The notes under the pieces were generated by a model that worked only from the letters and a program-made list of their open reading frames with translations, did not search any database and was not told the DNA's origin. From NCBI GenBank assembly GCA_963695075.1, contig CAVOFR010000007.1, positions 1,680,904-1,744,903 on the forward strand: 64,000 bases of DNA. Direction: 5' to 3'. The DNA comes from an uncultured Acidimicrobiales bacterium (GTDB lineage: Bacteria > Actinomycetota > Acidimicrobiia > Acidimicrobiales > CAWCAL01). The stretch's first letter is position 1, and each line of letters opens with the position of its first letter. This document shows positions 25,013-33,307 of this stretch, piece by piece. A program made the translations under genes and the position numbers.

Positions 25013-25414
25013 CTACTCGAACCAGAGGGCGTCGAGTACGTGGTGCGAGATCCGCCATCCGTCGGCGGTTCGTACGAGCTCTTCCCGGTAGACACCACCG
25101 ACGACGAAGTTGCCGTCGGGGAGCAGGTGCGTGGCGATCAGATTCGCCCGGAGGTGAGCCGTGTCTCCCGACACCTCGACCTCGCAGTTGCTGATCGAGT
25201 GGTGGGTGCGGTCGTACACGGAGAGGGCGGCACGCACGGCCTCCTCGATGGCGGTGTAGCCCTCCAGCTGTGGTCCCCCGGCGAGGATGCCGGTGGCCCC
25301 AGGGGTGAAGCAGGTCTCGAGGCGAGCCCAGTCCTTCTCGTCGAGGCTGCTGCCATAGCGGAACAGCACATCGGCGACGTCGGCTCGGTCCCGCAGCGTC
25401 AGGTTCTCGTCCAC
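25013..25414 (-). CDS. SnoaL-like / NTF2-fold protein
   Basis: 133 aa. The pattern DVLFRYGSSLDEKDWARLETCF...GGVYREELVRTADGWRI is typical of SnoaL_4 proteins. Confidence 0.8.
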   Translation of the reverse strand: MDENLTLRDRADVADVLFRYGSSLDEKDWARLETCFTPGATGILAGGPQLEGYTAIEEAVRAALSVYDRTHHSISNCEVEVSGDTAHLRANLIATHLLPDGNFVVGGVYREELVRTADGWRISHHVLDALWFE

Positions 25415-25424
25415 GTCCGCCTCG

Positions 25425-26183
25425 TCAGGATCTGACGGCCATGATGCCGCCGTCGATGCTGATGCCGTCGCCGGTGACGAACCGCGCGTCGTCGCTGCAG
25501 AGGAACAGGACGACGCCGACCACGTCGTCGGGCGTGCCGACCCGACCCATTGGCGACTTGTTCGCCCAGTCGGTCTTGAAGTCGGGCATCATGGCGGCGA
25601 TCGGCTCGGTCATCGGGGTCTCGATGTAGCCGGGGTGGATGCAGTTGACGCGGATGTCGGGAGCGCCTTCTTCGGCCAGTGATCGGCACAGCCCGACCAG
25701 GGCGGTCTTCGCCGTGCTGTAGGCGGGGAGCATCGCGTTGCCCACGAGTCCCTCGATGCTGGATGCGAGCACCATGGCTCCGCCCCCCGAGCGCCGCATG
25801 GCCGGAAGTGCCGCTTTGGCGGTGCGGAAGACCCCGTTGAGGTTCACGTCGACCACGCTGTAGAAGTCCTGCTCGCCGATCATCTCCACTCCACCGGCAC
25901 CGACCATTCCGGCGCTGGCGAAGACGTTGTCGAGGCGGCCGTAGCTCTCCTCGATGGCGGCTACGGCGTCAATGCACGTCGCGAGGTCGGTCACGTCGCA
26001 CGGAGCGCTGAGTGCGGTGCCGCCCGCCTGTTCGATCAACTCGACCGTCTCGTCGGAGCTCTCCTGGTTTAGATCGCTGATGACGACCTTGGATCCCTCG
26101 GCGGCGAACCGCAGCGCGGTGGCTCGGCCGAGCCCCGAGGCGCCTCCGGTCACCCAGGAGACCTGGCCCTCGAATCGGTTCAT
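25425..26183 (-). CDS. short-chain dehydrogenase/reductase (SDR)
   Basis: Carries TGGASGLGRA and YSTAK. Start placed at ATG 26183 because AAGGAG lies 5 nt upstream. The track ORF extends to 26216. Confidence 0.9.
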   Translation of the reverse strand: MNRFEGQVSWVTGGASGLGRATALRFAAEGSKVVISDLNQESSDETVELIEQAGGTALSAPCDVTDLATCIDAVAAIEESYGRLDNVFASAGMVGAGGVEMIGEQDFYSVVDVNLNGVFRTAKAALPAMRRSGGGAMVLASSIEGLVGNAMLPAYSTAKTALVGLCRSLAEEGAPDIRVNCIHPGYIETPMTEPIAAMMPDFKTDWANKSPMGRVGTPDDVVGVVLFLCSDDARFVTGDGISIDGGIMAVRS

Positions 26184-26203
26184 TGCCTGCTCCTTCGGTC
26201 GGT

Positions 26204-27226
26204 TCACACGAGCCACTGGGGGAGGGGAGGAAAGACGCTGTACTCGGCGACCCCGGTCCCGGTCTCGCCGGTCTCCTCGACCTCCCAGTCGACGAAGGCC
26301 TCGTAGCAGTCCATCCGGTTCTCGAGCTCATTCTCGCCCCGGAGCCACAGCTTGATCTGGCCGTGCTTCTTGGTCGAGCGAACGTGGATGACCTCGCCGT
26401 CGGGCGTCGTCAGCTCGTATCGGAATGCGTTCGCGTCGCGGACCCCGTCGGGTTCGGTGTCGAGAATCTCGGCGGCGGCATTGAGCATCGCTCCGCTGCC
26501 CTGCGCAGTCGACTCGAAGCCGCCGATGCTCGCCTCCTCGTTCGCCTCGCCCATCTCGGACTGGAAGTAGAACCCGAACACGTTGATGTGTCGGTCCGGG
26601 AGCTGGATCGAGGGCCAGAAGTGGCCGGGCATGTGCCCGCCGCCGAGCTGCCATTCCTGATCCTCGGCGAATCGGTCCGACCAGGTGTGATCACGGTGCG
26701 ACCAGCAGTCGATCGAACGGGTCTCACCCTCGGCGGGCCCACCCCGGATCTCGAAGTTGCCGGTGCAGTCCATGCCCTGCTCGAAATGGCCGGCGTGGAA
26801 GGGAAAGGCGACGGCGAGCGGGTCACCGCGGACCGAATCGTGGTAGTCGAACGGGGCGAAGCGACCCTTGAAATCGAGCTCGAACCCGTAGCGGGGGCCG
26901 TCCATCTCGATGCGGATGTGCTCGAAGGGGTCCACGACCTCGTAGCTGAGTGTGCCGTCGGTCCAGGGCCCTGAGTCCGGCTCGGGATCGAGGGGGGCCC
27001 GGAGCCCGTAGGACTGCTGGACTCCGTCGATGACGAAGTAGCTCTCGTGGCGACCGAAACCATGGTTGGTCAGGTGCCAGTGGAGCACCCCGAAGACGTT
27101 GGCTTCGGGGTCGACCACGCTCACCCAGAGCGTGTCGCCGAAGAGCCCATCGGCCCCCTCGGGGGCGGCATGTCGTCCCTCGTCGGCGGCCGTGAGGCCC
27201 TTCGGTAGTTCGAATCGAGTTCCCAT
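26204..27226 (-). CDS. conserved hypothetical protein (no family confidently recognised)
   Basis: 340-aa ORF with good codon bias, His/Trp/Phe-rich and beta-rich in appearance. First gene of a three-gene minus-strand unit. Confidence 0.7.
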   Translation of the reverse strand: MGTRFELPKGLTAADEGRHAAPEGADGLFGDTLWVSVVDPEANVFGVLHWHLTNHGFGRHESYFVIDGVQQSYGLRAPLDPEPDSGPWTDGTLSYEVVDPFEHIRIEMDGPRYGFELDFKGRFAPFDYHDSVRGDPLAVAFPFHAGHFEQGMDCTGNFEIRGGPAEGETRSIDCWSHRDHTWSDRFAEDQEWQLGGGHMPGHFWPSIQLPDRHINVFGFYFQSEMGEANEEASIGGFESTAQGSGAMLNAAAEILDTEPDGVRDANAFRYELTTPDGEVIHVRSTKKHGQIKLWLRGENELENRMDCYEAFVDWEVEETGETGTGVAEYSVFPPLPQWLV

Positions 27227-27260
27227 CGTGCTCCCAGTTCAGGCCGTGGACGGAGCCTAA

Positions 27261-27275
27261 CTTAGGCTGACTAAC
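27261..27275. promoter_or_regulatory. AT-rich inverted-repeat box CTTAGG-CTG-ACTAAC
   Basis: 6-3-6 inverted repeat with 5 of 6 matches per arm to CTTAGT/ACTAAG. Lies 35-49 nt upstream of the minus-strand start at 27226. Confidence 0.45.
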
Positions 27276-27305
27276 AAAGCGAGCCCCTGGTCGCCGCGCG
27301 ATCGC

Positions 27306-28310
27306 TCACGCGGTCTGGAGCTCGCCCTCTTCGCGCAGCCACTGCAGGGTGTCCCTCGCGATGTCCTCCAGGGAGGGCGGGTCGTACCCGAGCTCCTCGA
27401 TCGCCTTGCCGGAGTTCGTGTACCAGCAGTGGCGGAACGCCTTGGTGAACGTGCGGGTGATGGCTGGGGGACGGTTGGTGACGGCCGCCACGAGCTCGAG
27501 CGCGGCCCCGACCGCGTAGAAGACCGAGCCCGGGATCTCGTACTTCGGCGCCTTCGCTCCCGCCACCTCGGCGATGACCCGGGCCATCTCGAGCTGGGTG
27601 GTGTTCGGACCGCCGAGGAGGTAGTTCTCTCCGGTCCGGCCCTTCTCGTAGGCCAGGATGTGGGCTCGGCCGACCTCGCGGATGTGACAGAACGAGGTCT
27701 TGGCCGGCATGACCGCAGGTAGCCGGCCCGCCGCGATCTGCTTGAACAGGATCGTGAAGTTCGGATCCCGCGGTCCGAGGACGGCGGCGGGGTTCAGGAT
27801 GACCGCGTCGAGTCCCTCCTCGATGCCGGATCGCACCTCGTTTTCGGCGAGCCACTTGGTGCGGTCGTAGTTGACCGGCGAGATGAGCGCCTTGGAGGCC
27901 AACCCCTCATGGAGGGTCTCGTTCTGCTGGCCGTAGGCGGCGCCACTCGACGTGTAGACGAAGCGGTTTGCCCCGTTCTCGAGGGCCGCGGCGACGAGCG
28001 ACCGGGTGCCGAGGACGTTGTCCCGGTACTGCGCGTCGAACTCGCGGGGCCAGAACGTGCTGTTGCCGGCGACGTGGAAGACGCAGTCGAGGCCGGTGGG
28101 CATGTCCGCGGCCACCCGATCGGCGTCGTGGATGTCGGTCTCCACCCATTCGATGTCGTAGTCGGCGAGGTCGTCGATGTTGGACGTGGCCCGGCGCGAT
28201 GCGGTGACCTTCCAGCCGGCCTCGCAGAGCTGGATGGCGACCTCGGAGCCTACGAACCCCGATGCTCCGGTGACGAAAGCGTGCGACATGTCGTTGTCCC
28301 CCGAGCTCAT
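27306..28310 (-). CDS. NAD-dependent epimerase/dehydratase family (extended SDR, dihydroflavonol-reductase-like)
   Basis: Carries VTGASGFVGSEV and YDRTK. Start set at ATG 28310, which overlaps the upstream stop (ATGA). The ATG at 28289 is an alternative. Confidence 0.88.
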   Translation of the reverse strand: MSSGDNDMSHAFVTGASGFVGSEVAIQLCEAGWKVTASRRATSNIDDLADYDIEWVETDIHDADRVAADMPTGLDCVFHVAGNSTFWPREFDAQYRDNVLGTRSLVAAALENGANRFVYTSSGAAYGQQNETLHEGLASKALISPVNYDRTKWLAENEVRSGIEEGLDAVILNPAAVLGPRDPNFTILFKQIAAGRLPAVMPAKTSFCHIREVGRAHILAYEKGRTGENYLLGGPNTTQLEMARVIAEVAGAKAPKYEIPGSVFYAVGAALELVAAVTNRPPAITRTFTKAFRHCWYTNSGKAIEELGYDPPSLEDIARDTLQWLREEGELQTA

Positions 28311-28780
28311 TCCATGTGCCCGACGAGCTTGCGGTACACCTTGGAGGCTCGCGGGAATGCGTCGATCATGTCTCCCCACAGGTCGAAGTAGTCCCGGTGG
28401 TCGATGACGCGACCGTCCTCGTCGAGGAGGAGTCTCGTGCACCCATCGTCGGCGAGGGTCGGGATCCGGCTGTTGATGACCATCTCGGTGGTCCATTCCA
28501 CGAAGATGACGTCTCCCTCCTGCATCACCCGGTGGACGGTGCAGCGCAATTCCTTGCAGCGCTGAGGGAAGCGGAGCAGCATCTCGATCACGGCGTCACG
28601 GCCGTGGACTTCCTGGATCGCGTCGCGGAAGCGCACGTCGGGGTGATAGTGCTTTCGCACGATCGACGTGTCGACGCCCTCGCCGGTCTCCGACTTGCCC
28701 CGGAAGGAGAACATCTTCCTCGCCGTGTCCGCGGTGAATCGCTCGTCGGTGTCATCGGCCGGGGCCGTTTCGGTTTCCAT
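28307..28780 (-). CDS. SnoaL / ketosteroid-isomerase-like NTF2-fold protein
   Basis: Carries HYHPDVRFRDAI...VIFVEWT. Start at ATG 28780 (METETAP) has GAGGAG 9 nt upstream. The track ORF extends to 28828. Confidence 0.78.
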   Translation of the reverse strand: METETAPADDTDERFTADTARKMFSFRGKSETGEGVDTSIVRKHYHPDVRFRDAIQEVHGRDAVIEMLLRFPQRCKELRCTVHRVMQEGDVIFVEWTTEMVINSRIPTLADDGCTRLLLDEDGRVIDHRDYFDLWGDMIDAFPRASKVYRKLVGHME

Positions 28781-28837
28781 GCCTTGGCTCCTCGCTTGGT
28801 CCGGTCGCCGGGCGGCGGCCACGTCCATCGAGACTAG

Positions 28838-28852
28838 ATTAGTGGGACTAAG
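28838..28852. promoter_or_regulatory. AT-rich inverted-repeat box ATTAGT-GGG-ACTAAG
   Basis: Sits in the divergent region between starts 28780 (-) and 28882 (+). Overlaps a -10-like TAGATT (28835-28840). Confidence 0.45.
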
Positions 28853-28881
28853 TAACGCAGGCGTCGGGGACGGAGCGCGAG

Positions 28882-29712
28882 ATGGATGTCGAGGACCTCA
28901 ACGGCCGCTGGGTGGGCGTCACCGGCGCCGGGAGCGGAATCGGCGAGGCGACCGCCAGGTTCGCGGCCGAACGGGGCGCAAGCGTCGCCATCTGTGACAT
29001 CGACGCCGGTCGATTGGACGCGGTGGAAGCGTCGCTCCGCGCCGGTGGCACCGACGTGGTGGCCGTCGAGGTCGACGTCGCCGACGTGGCGTCGATGGAC
29101 CGGTTCGCCGAGGTAGTGCACGATCGTGTCGACGCGCTCGACATCCTGGTCAACAACGCAGGGGTGACGCTCGCCGCGAGTGCGCTCGAGACCTCGCCCG
29201 AGGACTGGGACTGGGTGCTCGGCATCGATCTGATGGGCGTGATCCACGGATGCAGCGCCTTCGGCCCGGCGATGCGCGACCGGGGGAGTGGGGGCCACGT
29301 CGTGAACATCGCATCGATGGACGGGTTCGCCGCGATGGAGGGCTTCGCCGCGTACTCCACCGCCAAGTTCGCCGTCGTCGGCTACTCCGAGAGCCTCCGG
29401 GCCGAGCTCGCCCGCGCCGGGATCGGCGTGAGCGTCATCTGTCCCGGCCCCATCCGCACCGCGCTCGTCGCCGAGATGCCCGAGCGGGGTCGGTTCGCCG
29501 GCGCCTACGGCGATCGCATCCGCTCCGAGAACAGGAACAAGGGAGTGCCGGCCGAGCGCGTCGCCAAGGCCGTGTTCCGCTCGGTCGAGAAGAACCGCGC
29601 CGTCTGTCCGGTCACCACGCTCTCGTGGATGACGTACTACTCGAAACGAATCATGCCCGGTATGACCGCGAGGGCGCTCGACCGGGTGGAGCGGGACTTC
29701 CTCCGGAACTGA
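28882..29712 (+). CDS. short-chain dehydrogenase/reductase (SDR)
   Basis: Carries TGAGSGIGEA, NNAG and YSTAK. Confidence 0.9.
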   Translation: MDVEDLNGRWVGVTGAGSGIGEATARFAAERGASVAICDIDAGRLDAVEASLRAGGTDVVAVEVDVADVASMDRFAEVVHDRVDALDILVNNAGVTLAASALETSPEDWDWVLGIDLMGVIHGCSAFGPAMRDRGSGGHVVNIASMDGFAAMEGFAAYSTAKFAVVGYSESLRAELARAGIGVSVICPGPIRTALVAEMPERGRFAGAYGDRIRSENRNKGVPAERVAKAVFRSVEKNRAVCPVTTLSWMTYYSKRIMPGMTARALDRVERDFLRN

Positions 29713-29745
29713 CGAGCCGGGGCCCCTCTACGACCCCGGGGTTGT

Positions 29746-30558
29746 CTAGAACGACAGGCGGATCGTGCACGACGTCTCGGGCAGGTGGGGGTCGAACTCC
29801 ATCTTGATACCCGGATCGCCGTCGAAGATCTCTTCGAAGACGCCCTTGCAGATCAGCAGGCAGCCCTGCTCCGGCAGCGCATCGGGCTTGGGGAGCGAGG
29901 CGGGATCCGGGCAGGTGTGCCACGCGCAGTTGGGAACCTCCATCACGGCCGTGCCCGCGGCTTCGTCGATCTCGGTCATCTCGGACTCGCCGACCAGGAA
30001 GGCGGCGAATCGGCCCGGGTCGAAGACCTTCATCAGCACGGAGCGCAGGGCACCGGGCTCGGACTGCTGGCCGGGGTTGCGCTGCCGCTCGAGCTCGGCC
30101 TTCATCGCCTGCTTGTTGAGGAAGTCCATCTCCTTCTGGGAGTTCTGACGCGAGATGGCCGCACAGGTGCCGATCACGAGCTCCTCGTACTGGGCCTGGG
30201 TGAAGTACTTGCGCAGCTCGAGCAGGGCCCACTCGATCTCGCGCACGAAGTTGCCGTAGTTCTTGCGCCAGCGTTCGCGGGGCGAATCCCAGAAGCGGAG
30301 CTTCTCGCGCCGCGATCGGATCTCCAGATAGGCGCGGTCGACCTCGGCGGGGTCCTCTGCGGCCATCCGGATCATCGGGAAGAACGTGAGCTGGACCATT
30401 GGTCCACCCTGGTCGGCGATCATGCGCTGCGACATGGCCATGTCGATGAACGCCTGGAGGCCCCAGTTGTAGACGAAGCCGCCTTCCGGTCGTTGCACCA
30501 CGGGCTTCTGTGGTCCGGTCGGTGCGGCCTTCGGTCGGATGTCGGTCTCGGTCTGCAT
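29746..30558 (-). CDS. Cys-rich hypothetical protein, possibly ATC-hydrolase-like; paralog of 278-1015
   Basis: Start at ATG 30558 (MQTETD) has GGGGGAG upstream. Shares FWDSPRERWRKNYGNFVREIEWA and the C-terminal block NCAWHTC...CLLICKGVFEE...TSCTIRL with 278-1015. Confidence 0.75.
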   Translation of the reverse strand: MQTETDIRPKAAPTGPQKPVVQRPEGGFVYNWGLQAFIDMAMSQRMIADQGGPMVQLTFFPMIRMAAEDPAEVDRAYLEIRSRREKLRFWDSPRERWRKNYGNFVREIEWALLELRKYFTQAQYEELVIGTCAAISRQNSQKEMDFLNKQAMKAELERQRNPGQQSEPGALRSVLMKVFDPGRFAAFLVGESEMTEIDEAAGTAVMEVPNCAWHTCPDPASLPKPDALPEQGCLLICKGVFEEIFDGDPGIKMEFDPHLPETSCTIRLSF

Positions 30559-30717
30559 TGTGCTCCCCCGTGCAATCGGCAACCAGACAGATACTCGCAC
30601 ACGGTCGACGGGCCTGCCGGGTTTCCGTCGCGGCGCGGGCCGGGTCCGCGGGAACGTCGGACTCGGCGCCGCCGCTGGACAGGTGATCGGCACCGTGTCA
30701 TGGTGACAACCCGGTAA

Positions 30718-30732
30718 CTTAGTCATACTAAG
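30718..30732. promoter_or_regulatory. perfect AT-rich inverted repeat CTTAGT-CAT-ACTAAG
   Basis: Perfect 6-3-6 inverted repeat 9-23 nt upstream of ATG 30741. It overlaps a candidate -10 element (TACTAA); GTGACA lies 17 nt further upstream. Confidence 0.5.
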
Positions 30733-30740
30733 GAACGCTC

Positions 30741-32129
30741 ATGACCAGCACAGAATTCGAGAACCCGTACCTCCAGGGTCTCCTCACCCCGGTCGGCGAC
30801 GAGCGCGACGACCACGATCTCGACGTCGTGGGAGAGATCCCCGCGGGGCTCCAGGGGGTGTTCACCCGCAACGGGCCGAACCCCCAGTTCGCACCCCTCG
30901 GCGGATATCACCCCTTCGATGGAGACGGGATGGTGCACGCCGTCTACTTCGAGGACGGGGTCGCCCGCTATCGCAATCGGTTCGTCGAATCGAAGGGTCT
31001 GCTGGCCGAGCGCGAACGGGGGCGGGCCTGCTACGGAGGCCTCGGCGAGTTCCGCCTGCCCGAGGAGGGCGTCGGCGAAGAGGCGGGGATGGTCAAGAAC
31101 GTCGCCAACACCCACTTCGTCCGTCACGCCGACCGCTACCTGGCCCTGCTGGAGGTGGCACCGCCGACCGAGATGACCCGTGATCTCGACACGATCGGCG
31201 AATACGACTTCGATGGACGACTGGCCGGCGGGATGACAGCTCACCCGAAGATGGACAGGAAGACCGGCGAGATGCTGTTCTTCGGGTACAGCCCGTTTCC
31301 TCCCTACCTGCGCTACCACGTGGTCGACGCCGAGGGCGTGCTGGTGCACAGTGTCGAGATCGATCTGCCCGGCCCGGTGATGATGCACGACTTCCTCATC
31401 ACCGAGAACCACGCGATCTTCTTCGACTCGCCGGCCGTCTTCGACGCCGAGGCACTGCTCAGCGGTGGATCTGCGATGCGCTGGGAGCCCGAGGCGGGAA
31501 CCCGCATCGGTGTCATACCGCGCATGGGCCGCGGAGACGAGATCCGCTGGTTCGAGATTCCGAACTGCTACCTCGTCCACTTCTTCAACGCGTGGGAGAC
31601 CGGCGACACGATCGAGGTCTTCGGTCCGCGTATGGAGAGGATGCCGGGCGGCTTCGAGTTCCACGATCCGCAGGCATCCCCCGATTCCTTTCCCTGGCAC
31701 TGGACGATCGATCTGGCGGGCGGTTCGGTCCGCGAGGAGCAGATCGACGATCGCGCCGGTGAGTTCCCGAGGATCAACGACGACCTGGCCGGCCGGAAAC
31801 ACCGCTACGGCTACCTCGACCTCCAACGCAGGCAGGACTTCGACTTCTCGTTCCACGGGGTCATCAAGCACGACCTGGAGACGGGCGACTCGCGATCGCA
31901 CTTCTACAACGACACGTCGACCTGTGGTGAGCACGTCTTCGCTCCGGATCCGGCCGGTTCGGCCGAGGACGACGGTTGGCTGCTCAGCTTCGTCACCGAC
32001 GAGGCCACCGACCGGTCCGAGCTGGTGGTCCTCGATGCTCGCGACCTCGAAGCCGACCCGGTGGCCAGGATCGAGATGAGACGGCGCGTCCCCATCGGGT
32101 TCCATGCGAATTGGCTCCCCGAGGCGTGA
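30741..32129 (+). CDS. carotenoid / stilbene cleavage oxygenase (RPE65 / CCD family)
   Basis: Carries GNPQF, HPFDGDGMVH, MMHDF, VHFFNAWE and FHANW, which are typical of the four-His iron dioxygenase family. Confidence 0.92.
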   Translation: MTSTEFENPYLQGLLTPVGDERDDHDLDVVGEIPAGLQGVFTRNGPNPQFAPLGGYHPFDGDGMVHAVYFEDGVARYRNRFVESKGLLAERERGRACYGGLGEFRLPEEGVGEEAGMVKNVANTHFVRHADRYLALLEVAPPTEMTRDLDTIGEYDFDGRLAGGMTAHPKMDRKTGEMLFFGYSPFPPYLRYHVVDAEGVLVHSVEIDLPGPVMMHDFLITENHAIFFDSPAVFDAEALLSGGSAMRWEPEAGTRIGVIPRMGRGDEIRWFEIPNCYLVHFFNAWETGDTIEVFGPRMERMPGGFEFHDPQASPDSFPWHWTIDLAGGSVREEQIDDRAGEFPRINDDLAGRKHRYGYLDLQRRQDFDFSFHGVIKHDLETGDSRSHFYNDTSTCGEHVFAPDPAGSAEDDGWLLSFVTDEATDRSELVVLDARDLEADPVARIEMRRRVPIGFHANWLPEA

Positions 32130-33307
32130 GCTATCAGCGGGTCGAGGAGGCGGGAGGGGCTGGTCTCGACGCCGAGGGGCTGCATCGCCTGCGAAATGCC
32201 ATCGAACAGGACATCGCCCGGGGGACATACGACGGTGCGGTGTTCATCGTGGCCCGACACGGCACGGTCGCGATGCACGAGGCGATCGGACGCACCGACA
32301 CCGCCAACGATCGCGCCGCCGACACGGGCGACGTATTCCATCTCATGTCGATCACCAAGCAGTTCACCACGCTCGCCGTGCTCGCGACGATCGACCGAGG
32401 CGACCTCTCGCTCACGACCCGAGTCAGCGAGATCATCCCCGAGTTCGGTACGAGAGGTAAGCAGAACATCACGGTCGCTCATCTGCTGACTCACATGAGC
32501 GGTCTGAACACCGAGCTGCCGATGATGACGATGCCGGACGAGTTCCTGAACATCGACAAGCTCGTGGCGAAGGTCTGCGACGAGCGGTTGTTCCGCCGTC
32601 CGGGGCGAGTGGTCTCGTACAACACCATGACGGCTCACGCGGTGCTGGCCGCGCTGGTGTGCCGGCTCGACGACGCGCGGCGGCCCTTCGGGCAGATTCT
32701 GACCGAAGATCTGTTCGCGCCGCTGGGAATGGTCGACACTTCGTTCTCGCTCCGTGCCGATCTCGCGGAGCGAAGGGTCCCGATCCGATGTCGATACGGG
32801 ACCGAAGGTCTCTTCGATCCCGCGATGCTCGAGATGATGAACGACATGTACACGGTCGAGTCGGAGTTCCCGGCGGGTGGCGCCATCGGGACGGCGTCGG
32901 ACCTGTTCCGCTTCACGGAGATGCTCCGACGGGGGGGAGCACTCGACGGGGCGCGGGTCGTGTCCCCCGGACTCCTCGAGCTGGCCCTCACGAATCAGAC
33001 CGGCTCACTGCCCAACGACATCTTCGACTACGCCCGCGAGATGAGGGGTTGGCCCGACTGGCCCGCCTGGATCGGTCTCACCTTCTTCCTACGGGGCGAA
33101 GGAGTGTTCCCGACTCCGCTCGGCGTGGCGACCTCGCCGCGGACCTTCTCCGGTCAGGGTGCCGGGTCGACGCTGTTCTGGGTCGATCCCGAGCGGGACC
33201 TGACCTTCGTGTGTCTCACCGCCGGGCTCCTCGAGGACAGCGACAACCTCCTGCGCTTTCAGCGACTGTCCGACCTCGTCGTGGCGGCATCGGTGGACGA
33301 GCGGTGA
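32126..33307 (+). CDS. serine hydrolase (beta-lactamase / esterase class C-like family)
   Basis: The GTG start overlaps the CCD stop (GTGA). Carries the SITK (SxxK) nucleophile motif and THMSGL. Confidence 0.85.
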   Translation: MSYQRVEEAGGAGLDAEGLHRLRNAIEQDIARGTYDGAVFIVARHGTVAMHEAIGRTDTANDRAADTGDVFHLMSITKQFTTLAVLATIDRGDLSLTTRVSEIIPEFGTRGKQNITVAHLLTHMSGLNTELPMMTMPDEFLNIDKLVAKVCDERLFRRPGRVVSYNTMTAHAVLAALVCRLDDARRPFGQILTEDLFAPLGMVDTSFSLRADLAERRVPIRCRYGTEGLFDPAMLEMMNDMYTVESEFPAGGAIGTASDLFRFTEMLRRGGALDGARVVSPGLLELALTNQTGSLPNDIFDYAREMRGWPDWPAWIGLTFFLRGEGVFPTPLGVATSPRTFSGQGAGSTLFWVDPERDLTFVCLTAGLLEDSDNLLRFQRLSDLVVAASVDER

